Assembly: GCA_029553505.1 (NCBI GenBank)
Contig: JAKPKY010000165.1
Span: 36,595 to 100,594 of the forward strand
Origin: Planctomycetota bacterium
Lineage (GTDB): Bacteria > Planctomycetota > Phycisphaerae > SM23-33
DNA: 64,000 nt
Direction of reading: 5' to 3'
The position numbers and the translations under genes were made by a program. Positions 9,070 through 16,033 of this stretch are shown here, one piece after another; positions within the stretch are counted from its first letter, which is position 1, and the number at the start of each line of letters is the position of its first letter. The notes under the pieces were generated by a model. It saw only the letters and a list, made by a program, of their open reading frames with translations. It searched no databases and was not told where the DNA came from.

Positions 9070-10140
9070 ATGAGACGGTGCATTGCGGCGGTTCTGCTGG
9101 CGGGTCTCTGCGCGGGCGGGTGCTTCCGCGCGCCCGAGACGGTCAACGTGAACCTGGGCGGGGGGGGTGACGGCGGATCGGGCGGCGGCGGATCGTGGCG
9201 CGACCTGGCCGGGCAGTACGCCGGCGGGACGTTCCTCGACGCCGAGCAGGGCGTGCTGTTCTACGCCTACGACACGCTGGCCTACCCCGGCCGGGCCATC
9301 GGCCTGACCGCGTCGCTGCGGTCCGCCAAAAACCTGCGCGACCTTGCCGGCGCGGAGGTGGGCTTCTTCCGCGACGGGCGAATGGTCGGTCGCGCCCGGA
9401 CGAATGCCGACGGCATGGCGACGATCGCCTGGACGCCCCCGCGCGAGGGGAACTATGAGTTCACCGCGCGGATCCTCGCCCCGCCGCGCGACGACGACTA
9501 CGCCCAGTGCCCCGGCGTGGAGGCGATGCTGCTGGTGGCCGCCCACGAACGCGCCCAGCGGTTCGTCGTCATCGACCTGGATCACACGCTCGTGGACGCC
9601 GGGTTCCTGAAGGTGCTCGCGGGCGGGGCCCGGCCGATGGCCGATTCCGTCCGCGTCGCCACGCGACTCAGCGGGCGGTACGGCGTGATCTACCTGACGC
9701 AGCGCCCCGACCTGCTGACCCGCAAGAGCAAGCACTGGCTGCGGGCGAACGGATACCCCGTCGGTCCGCTGCTGACCGGCGAACTGAAGCACGCGCTGGA
9801 CAGCGGGGCGTTCAAGACGGCCAGGCTCAAGGATCTCCGGGCGGTCTACCCGAACGTCGCGATCGGCATCGGCGACAAGATTTCCGACGCCCAGGCCTAC
9901 GTGGACAACGGCCTGACCGCCTACCTCATTCCGCACTACAAGCCCAAGCCCAAGGACCTTCGCAAGCTGGCGCGGGAGATTCGCGACCTGCGAGGGCGAG
10001 GCCGCCTGCACGTCGTGGAGGACTGGCGGCAGATCGAGCGGGGCCTCTTCGACGGCGCAAGCTGGCCGCCCGAGACGTTCGCGCGGATGCTCGAGCGCCA
10101 GGCCGACCGCCTCGAACGGGAGAAGAAGGAAGAGGATTGA
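9070..10140 (+). CDS. lipoprotein, HAD-superfamily phosphatase (App1-like; DxDxT motif)
   Basis: GGGAGG RBS and ATG at 9070. Lipobox LCAGGC; Ig/carboxypeptidase-regulatory-like N-domain; C-terminal domain with VIDLDHTL (HAD motif I) and GDKISD (motif III-like). Confidence 0.6.
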   Translation: MRRCIAAVLLAGLCAGGCFRAPETVNVNLGGGGDGGSGGGGSWRDLAGQYAGGTFLDAEQGVLFYAYDTLAYPGRAIGLTASLRSAKNLRDLAGAEVGFFRDGRMVGRARTNADGMATIAWTPPREGNYEFTARILAPPRDDDYAQCPGVEAMLLVAAHERAQRFVVIDLDHTLVDAGFLKVLAGGARPMADSVRVATRLSGRYGVIYLTQRPDLLTRKSKHWLRANGYPVGPLLTGELKHALDSGAFKTARLKDLRAVYPNVAIGIGDKISDAQAYVDNGLTAYLIPHYKPKPKDLRKLAREIRDLRGRGRLHVVEDWRQIERGLFDGASWPPETFARMLERQADRLEREKKEED

Positions 10141-10142
10141 AG

Positions 10143-10221
10143 TGTAGGGTGGGCAGCTCTGCTGCCCACGGGAAATAGCATTCGACCGAATCTGGTGGGC
10201 AGCTAAGCTGCCCACCCTACA
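10143..10221. repeat. REP doublet (two hairpins GTGGGCAGC-NNN-GCTGCCCAC), BIME-like, copy 1
   Basis: Begins 3 nt after the stop of the HAD lipoprotein gene. Nearly identical to 10983-11057. Confidence 0.8.
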
Positions 10222-10263
10222 TTGGGTGTCGTTTTGGAAGTGAAATACGCGAGGGTGTTGCCT

Positions 10264-10986
10264 ATGAGAAAGCGAAGTCCGGCAGCATTGGGCGTATTCG
10301 CGTTCCTATTCGCCGTCCTCGCTGTAGGGGGAATGCTGTGTCCGATCCATAACACGCTGAGCAAAGCAGCCATGATCGTCGGATGGTTCGGCCTGCTGAT
10401 TACGCTGATCGAACTTGCCTGGCGGCGCAGGTTCCTGCGGCTTGGTTTCGTGTTGATTCTCGTCGCGATGGTCCTCGTGTTCGTTCTTCCAGGGCGTCGC
10501 TGGGACCGGCAGGCGATTCGCGCCCGCTACGCGGACTATCTCCGGTCGTACGAGGGTGTCCGCTATGTCTGGGGCGGCGAAGGACGTCTGGGGATCGACT
10601 GCTCCGGCTTACCCAGGCGAGCGTATCGCGACGCTTTGTTGGCCGAGGGCCTGGTGACATTCAACGGAACCCTCACGCGCCTTTGGCTTGATCAGTGGTG
10701 GAACGATGCCGGGGCGAAGGCGATGGGCGAAGGGACGGAAGGCAGATTGATCCCGTTGGCGCGCCAGGATCCCGCCCATTCTGACGAGAGGTTGGAACCC
10801 GGAGACGTCGCAATTATCAACGCGAACACGCACTCCGTGGTATATCTGGGCGACGGCAGATGGATTGAAGCTGACCCCGGAGCGGGAAGGGTGCTCATTC
10901 ACGATGTCCGAACGGAGGGGCGATCCTTCCTGGGTGTTTCGCCCCGAGTGTTCCGATGGCGCGAACTGGTGGACGAGAAAACGTAG
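10264..10986 (+). CDS. membrane-anchored NlpC/P60-family cell-wall peptidase
   Basis: N-terminal TM helices, then YVWGGEG...GIDCSGL (NlpC/P60 catalytic Cys motif) with His downstream (NTHSVVYLG). Confidence 0.75.
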   Translation: MRKRSPAALGVFAFLFAVLAVGGMLCPIHNTLSKAAMIVGWFGLLITLIELAWRRRFLRLGFVLILVAMVLVFVLPGRRWDRQAIRARYADYLRSYEGVRYVWGGEGRLGIDCSGLPRRAYRDALLAEGLVTFNGTLTRLWLDQWWNDAGAKAMGEGTEGRLIPLARQDPAHSDERLEPGDVAIINANTHSVVYLGDGRWIEADPGAGRVLIHDVRTEGRSFLGVSPRVFRWRELVDEKT

Positions 10987-11057
10987 GGTGGGCAGCTCTG
11001 CTGCCCACGGGAAATAGCATTCGACCGAATCTGGTGGGCAGCAAAGCTGCCCACCCT
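10983..11057. repeat. REP doublet, copy 2 (overlaps the NlpC/P60 stop codon)
   Basis: About 75 bp, more than 95 % identical to 10143-11021 copy 1. Lies between the NlpC/P60 and RAYT genes. Confidence 0.8.
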
Positions 11058-11085
11058 CCCTTGGCTCACGGCATAACGCTTTTTA

Positions 11086-11649
11086 TCAGGGCTCGATATA
11101 GATCGTCCACGGCTCGTCGACATTGCCGCACCAGTCCGGTTCGTAGGTTCCCTTCCTGACATACTGGCGGAATGTTGACCACGGCCAATCCTTCGGCCAT
11201 TGGACCAAGCCGTGCTTGACCGGATTGACGTGGATGTAATCCAGATGTCGCACGAAATCGCGCCGGTCGGCAATGGTATGTTCCCAGAATCGTTTTTCCC
11301 ATACTCCGCGAATTCGTTGCCGTTGCCGGCTGGCTGTGGGGTATCCTTCGCTTCCGCCAGCCAGCAACCACTCGTGGGTGAACCGTTTTTTGATTTGAGC
11401 GACTCGCGTGGAATAATCGACATCGCCGTACGGCAACGTCAATAGCATGTGCACATGATCGGGCAGGAGGACCACGGCGTCCAGCCGGAACGGCCGGCGG
11501 GCCTGTTCGGCGGCAATGGCCTTTCGAAGAAGGGATCGCGCCAAGGAATTGCACAGAATCCGCCGTCGCTGATGCGTAGCCAGCGTGAGGAAATATTGCC
11601 CACCCTCAATTCGCCGTCGACGATAGTTCGGCATGGCCCCGTTCCGCAA
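11086..11649 (-). CDS. REP-associated tyrosine transposase (RAYT; IS200/IS605-like Y1 HuH transposase)
   Basis: 187 aa with HuH motif LPDHVHMLLTLP and C-terminal Tyr-containing helix (YIHVNPVKHGL). Flanked by REP hairpins on both sides. An alternative start at the second Met (11634) is possible. Confidence 0.8.
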   Translation of the reverse strand: MRNGAMPNYRRRRIEGGQYFLTLATHQRRRILCNSLARSLLRKAIAAEQARRPFRLDAVVLLPDHVHMLLTLPYGDVDYSTRVAQIKKRFTHEWLLAGGSEGYPTASRQRQRIRGVWEKRFWEHTIADRRDFVRHLDYIHVNPVKHGLVQWPKDWPWSTFRQYVRKGTYEPDWCGNVDEPWTIYIEP

Positions 11650-11666
11650 CGAAAGGGTGCGATTCC

Positions 11667-11800
11667 GTGGGCAGCAGAGCTACCCACCCTACGCAGGCAT
11701 CAGGAGCGTATCGGTTGAAGGCATCGTCGTCAATTGTCGCCTCGGCGATTGTGGCGAGCCGGGGGGCATGGTTCCGTGGGCAGCAAAGCTGCCCACCCTA
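11667..11800. repeat. two single REP hairpins (GTGGGCAGCAGAGCTACCCACCCTAC at about 11667-11692; GTGGGCAGCAAAGCTGCCCACCCTAC at about 11775-11800) upstream of RAYT
   Basis: Same REP family as 10143-10221; the first copy is degenerate (one mismatch in the stem). Confidence 0.7.
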
Positions 11801-12125
11801 CATGGGCTTCGACCTTTTCCGAAATGGCGCCGGCGCGGGCACAAAACGGAGGACGCCGAACCGCAAGCCGTTCGAGAGGTTTTCCCCCCTTCTGGGGTTG
11901 GGGGTAGAGCCGCCGCAAAAAACGGTCGCACGCGAAGCCGTGGGGGGTTATAATCGTTTCGTGCCGTCGCTGCCGTGGGAACGCGGGTGAGGCGGCACGG
12001 GCCGGCGGGGCTTTCCTCCCGGCCGACGCCTTTCGGGGCGTTTGGACCCCGGTGACGGGCCGGGAGACTGGAACCGATGCATCCCTCCGCGGGCCGCCGC
12101 GGCCGCTGAAACCTGGAGCCGCACC

Positions 12126-13628
12126 ATGCCCGAAGAGCATGCGCCGACGCCCGAGATGGGCGACGCGCAGGACGCCCTGCCGGATTCGTCCGCGCCGATC
12201 TTCCCGCCCGATCAATCCCCCGACGCGCCGATGGCGGCCCCGTCGGACGCGCCGCAGGTTGCGCCGCCGGCCGAGCCGGTCGAGACAGAGCAGGCCGCCG
12301 GCGAGGGCGAATCGCGCGGGCGGGGTCCGACGGCCGTCGTCCGCTACGGACTGATGCTCAACGTCGGCGAGTTCCGCCACAACCTGGAGCATCCGCCCCG
12401 GCCGGGCACGAAGGTCGTCATCCGCACCGACCGCGGCGTGGAGCTGGGCGAGGTGGCCGAGTCCGTCTGCGCCGAAGCCTGCGACCGGTGCATCAGCCCG
12501 GAGCGCCTGGACCGGTTCGTCCGCGACAACGGCCCGGACTATCCGTTCCGGCGCGACGGGAAGATCCTCCGCGTGGCCAACCCGCAGGACGTGATCGACT
12601 TCCGCCACCTGGAGACTTCCGCGCGCGAGGCGGGCGCGTATTGCCGGGAGAAGATGCGCGAGCTGAAGCTGGACATGAAGGTGGTGGCCGTCGAGCACCT
12701 GCTGGGCGGCGAGCGCCTGGTGTTCTATTTCACGTCGGAGTCGCGCGTGGACTTCCGCGAGCTGGTGCGCCTGCTCGCCTCGCAGTACCGCACGCGGATC
12801 GAGATGCGCCAGGTAGGCGCCCGCGACGAGGCCCGCCTCGTGGGCGACTACGAGCGCTGCGGGCAGCGCTGCTGCTGCCAGCAATACCTCAAGGACCTGC
12901 GCCCGATCTCGATGCGGATGGCCAAGACGCAGAAGGCGACGCTCGACCCGTCGAAGATTTCCGGTCGGTGCGGGCGGCTGATGTGCTGCCTGCGCTACGA
13001 GGACGAGACGTACGAGGACCTGCGCAAGCGCCTGCCGCGGCGGAACGTCTGGGTGCGCACGGCCGCCGGCGTGGTGGGACGCGTGATCGACGGGCAGATT
13101 CTCACGCAACTGGTGCGCCTGGCGCTGAACGACGGCACGATGGTCAGCGTGCCCAACGAGGAGATCGTGGAGCGGAACGTCGAACCGCAGGCGCCCGCGC
13201 CGGCGCCGCAGCGTCCCGCGCCGCGCGAGGAGCGAGGCCCGCGGCAGTTTTTGCGAGACCAGATCGAGTCGCCCGAGACGGCGGCCGCCGAGCAGCCCGC
13301 GACCGTCGGCGCGCCCGAGCCGCGGCCGGATGCCGCGCCGGCGCAGGCGGGCGGCGAGGGCGAGCGCGGGAAGCGCCGCCGTCGCCGGCGGAAGAAGAAG
13401 CCCGGCGGGCAGGCGCCGCAGGGCGCGCCGTCGCAGCCGCCGCCCGCGGGCGGGGCGCCGCAGGCTGCGCCGAACCGTCCCGCGCCGCCGCCCGGGCAGG
13501 GGGCGCCGCAGGGCTTCGGTGAGGGCGGAAAACGCAGGAAACGCCGGCGACGCAAGAAAAAGGGCGGTTCCCAGGGCGGCCCGGCCGGCCCCGGCGCGCC
13601 GCCGCCATTCGCCCCGCCGCAGGCGTAA
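12126..13628 (+). CDS. PSP1 C-terminal-domain protein (RicT/YaaT homologue) with long Arg/Lys- and Pro/Gln/Gly/Ala-rich C-terminal tail
   Basis: Core with Cys-rich PSP1 signature (CGQRCCCQQYL...GRCGRLMCCLRYED). Tail carries two GKRRRRRRKKK-type basic blocks separated by PQGAP-type repeats. Start chosen at MPEEH (TGGAG RBS); the ORF-table start at 12042 is possible. Confidence 0.7.
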   Translation: MPEEHAPTPEMGDAQDALPDSSAPIFPPDQSPDAPMAAPSDAPQVAPPAEPVETEQAAGEGESRGRGPTAVVRYGLMLNVGEFRHNLEHPPRPGTKVVIRTDRGVELGEVAESVCAEACDRCISPERLDRFVRDNGPDYPFRRDGKILRVANPQDVIDFRHLETSAREAGAYCREKMRELKLDMKVVAVEHLLGGERLVFYFTSESRVDFRELVRLLASQYRTRIEMRQVGARDEARLVGDYERCGQRCCCQQYLKDLRPISMRMAKTQKATLDPSKISGRCGRLMCCLRYEDETYEDLRKRLPRRNVWVRTAAGVVGRVIDGQILTQLVRLALNDGTMVSVPNEEIVERNVEPQAPAPAPQRPAPREERGPRQFLRDQIESPETAAAEQPATVGAPEPRPDAAPAQAGGEGERGKRRRRRRKKKPGGQAPQGAPSQPPPAGGAPQAAPNRPAPPPGQGAPQGFGEGGKRRKRRRRKKKGGSQGGPAGPGAPPPFAPPQA

Positions 13629-13804
13629 GTCACGCTGTCATAAACTGCTTGAACAGTGGAGCAGTAGAACCGCCCTTCGACTCGCTCCGCTCGCTTCGGG
13701 CCAGGAGACCGCAGGCGAGCTGTCGCGCGGTTTGGAAACGACAGGGCGAAAATTCAGGATTTCCCCGCTTCCCCTGTTTCCCTGTTCTCCTGCTCGCCTG
13801 CTCT

Positions 13805-13839
13805 AAGTTGCCTGCAAAAATTCTTTTTGCAGGCAACTT
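13805..13839. terminator. perfect 16-bp-stem hairpin (AAGTTGCCTGCAAAAA-TTC-TTTTTGCAGGCAACTT) between convergent genes; likely bidirectional intrinsic terminator
   Basis: Palindrome read directly from sequence; the A- and T-runs inside the stem arms could act as U-tracts for the flanking transcripts in either orientation. Overlaps the stop codon of the minus-strand gene. Confidence 0.6.
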
Positions 13840-14977
13840 AGTGCCAGGTCACCTGGAAGCGCGCCAAAGTCAGGGCGCGGCGGAGCAGGCTCTTGCCCTC
13901 GCCGTCGACGGCCATGTGCTTGACCTCCCACAGCGGGGCCTTGAGGCGCAGCGATTCCTTGCCCGAGCCCTGGGCGACCTGGACCTCGACGGGGTCGATC
14001 AGCCCGGCCTCGTGATGCCGGCGGTTGGCGTGGTAGATCATCCTCCCGTTGGACACGACGATGCCGAACATGCCGTCTTCCGTGCGGGCGTGGTCGCGGT
14101 CGGCCACGTAGGCGAGGAACCGCTCCGCCGGCAGCGGGCGGAACCATTGCTCGATGCGGTGGCGGACGACGTCGGGGATCAGGTCCCAGGGGTGTTCCGC
14201 CGTTTTCTCGATGCGTCGGCGCAGGGATTCGTGGCAGGGGGTTCCCTCTCCGCCGGCCTGGATGAGGAATTCCTCCGCGCGGCGGAGGTTGCGGATCTGG
14301 AGGCGGCAGGTTCCCTGCCCGGTGACGGAGTGGATGTTGATCTGCCCGCCGATCTCGCCGGTTCCGGTGCACATGTCGCAGAGGAAGTAGGGCATGGGCA
14401 GGTCGCCGGGGTGCGGCACGTTGGGCACTTTCGGCAGGCGGTTGAGCAGTTCGTCGTTGCCCAGGTCGCGGATTTCCTCCTCGCTGAGGACCAGGGCCCC
14501 GGCGGAGTGTTCGGCTTCGAGGCTGCGGCTGTCGATCAGCTCGGGGGCGAAGATCACCACGTGGGCCCGCAGGTGCATGCGGCTGGAGCAGCCCAGGCAG
14601 CGTCGGGGCATGGCCGCGCGGAAGGCGGGCTCCAACAGGCGCGACGCGGGGAACAGGAACGTCGCGCCCTTGCGGTCCATCCGCACGAGGCGCAGGCCCT
14701 CGGCCAGCGCGGGCAGGACGGCCGTCTGACCCGAGATCACCTCTTCGGCGCCGGTGAGTTTCGCCTCGCCCGTGGGCGGCGCGTGGAGGTCCTCGTACAG
14801 GTCGCGCAGGTGCTCTTCCTGGAGCATGGAGGCGATCGCCTCGTCGGTCATCGCGACGCGCCGGGGCAGGCGGAACCGCGTGTGGCAGACGCCGCAGCGG
14901 ACCACGCAGTTGGCGCACCCCGGCGGGGCCGCCAGGATCCTGCCGCAGGACGGACATTGCACCAGCCGATCGCGCAT
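13838..14977 (-). CDS. hypothetical protein with N-terminal zinc-ribbon (CPSC...CANC...CGVC) and further Cys pairs
   Basis: Protein-like composition, unlike the antisense + ORF 13649-15076. Start at MRDRLVQCPSCG; the ORF-table Met at 15070 is an alternative. Confidence 0.5.
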   Translation of the reverse strand: MRDRLVQCPSCGRILAAPPGCANCVVRCGVCHTRFRLPRRVAMTDEAIASMLQEEHLRDLYEDLHAPPTGEAKLTGAEEVISGQTAVLPALAEGLRLVRMDRKGATFLFPASRLLEPAFRAAMPRRCLGCSSRMHLRAHVVIFAPELIDSRSLEAEHSAGALVLSEEEIRDLGNDELLNRLPKVPNVPHPGDLPMPYFLCDMCTGTGEIGGQINIHSVTGQGTCRLQIRNLRRAEEFLIQAGGEGTPCHESLRRRIEKTAEHPWDLIPDVVRHRIEQWFRPLPAERFLAYVADRDHARTEDGMFGIVVSNGRMIYHANRRHHEAGLIDPVEVQVAQGSGKESLRLKAPLWEVKHMAVDGEGKSLLRRALTLARFQVTWH

Positions 14978-15205
14978 CGCAACCTCTCCAGGATCGGGCA
15001 AAGGTGGGAGCCGCCCGGGCTTTTCCGCCCGGACGACCCGGCGCGAAAAGCCCTCCGCTTCCCGCACCACCTATAGCCTACATTTCAAACCCCGCCCGAG
15101 CAAGCCAAGTACGCGGTTTCGCAAGTCCGAACGGGGGGTTTCGCGATCCGGCGCTTGATTGCGGCGCGCCAGGGCGTATCATCCGTCCTTCCACGCGGAG
15201 GCAAC

Positions 15206-15880
15206 ATGGCGACCTACAAGCTGAACATCGGGACGATTCGCGGCTGCCCGGCCCCGGGCGAGCTTCTCCAGGCCATCCAGGGCTTCGGACTGCCCGAAAC
15301 CGAGGAATACGGCGTGCTGAACTGCTCGGCGACCGACGGCGCCGTTTTCGCCACGATCGTGCGCAAGACCCAGCAGGCCGTGCCGAAACTCGACGCCGAC
15401 ACGCAGGAAGTGACGGCCGCGCCCGTCGAGCGCGTGACGGTCTACCCGTTGGCCGTCCGCCCCGCCCAGGAGCGCCTGGAAATCTACGCCGGGGCCGCCT
15501 CGTCCGTCGAGCAGGCGGGGGTGTTCTTCTCGAGCTGCCTGGCGCTGCCGACGGTCGTCGAGCCGATCGAGGTGGACATTCCCGCCGCCGTCGAGAAGCT
15601 CGCCAAGACCACCCAGCGGTTCCAGCTCCGCGCGATCCGCGTCCGCGAGTATGCCCACAACGCCTACATGGCCGGGACGTACGCCCCGAAGTTCCTCGAT
15701 ACCGAGCACGGCACGGACTTCCTGGCCGAATACGCCGAATCCGTCGCCGGCGCGAGTGTGCGATTCCAGGGCCCGACGGGGCGCGTGACGGTCGGGCTGT
15801 CCGGGCAGGCCGCGTTCAGCTTCTCCTGCGCGGAAGAAGACCTCGCCGCCGTCCGCGCCATCCTGAGAAAGCTGGTCTAG
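15206..15880 (+). CDS. hypothetical protein (224 aa)
   Basis: GGAGG RBS 6 nt before ATG 15206 and balanced composition. No recognisable motif. Ends about 150 nt before mutS. Confidence 0.5.
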   Translation: MATYKLNIGTIRGCPAPGELLQAIQGFGLPETEEYGVLNCSATDGAVFATIVRKTQQAVPKLDADTQEVTAAPVERVTVYPLAVRPAQERLEIYAGAASSVEQAGVFFSSCLALPTVVEPIEVDIPAAVEKLAKTTQRFQLRAIRVREYAHNAYMAGTYAPKFLDTEHGTDFLAEYAESVAGASVRFQGPTGRVTVGLSGQAAFSFSCAEEDLAAVRAILRKLV

Positions 15881-16033
15881 ATCGCCCCATGATGCCCGAA
15901 CAGTGGGTGCCACCCTCAATCCCGATGGTGTGTATCGGGATTGAGGGTGTTCGCACGCAATTGACAATTCGCAAGAGTTCCTTCTCCCACGAACCCATAC
16001 CCCCCCGCGGGCGATTCTGCTATCATCCGCCCC

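Noticed and set aside
13649-15076. 475-aa + ORF opposite the zinc-ribbon protein
   Set aside because: Gly/Ala/Val/Asp-dominated composition; the minus-strand frame has diverse composition and a clear zinc-ribbon N-terminus.
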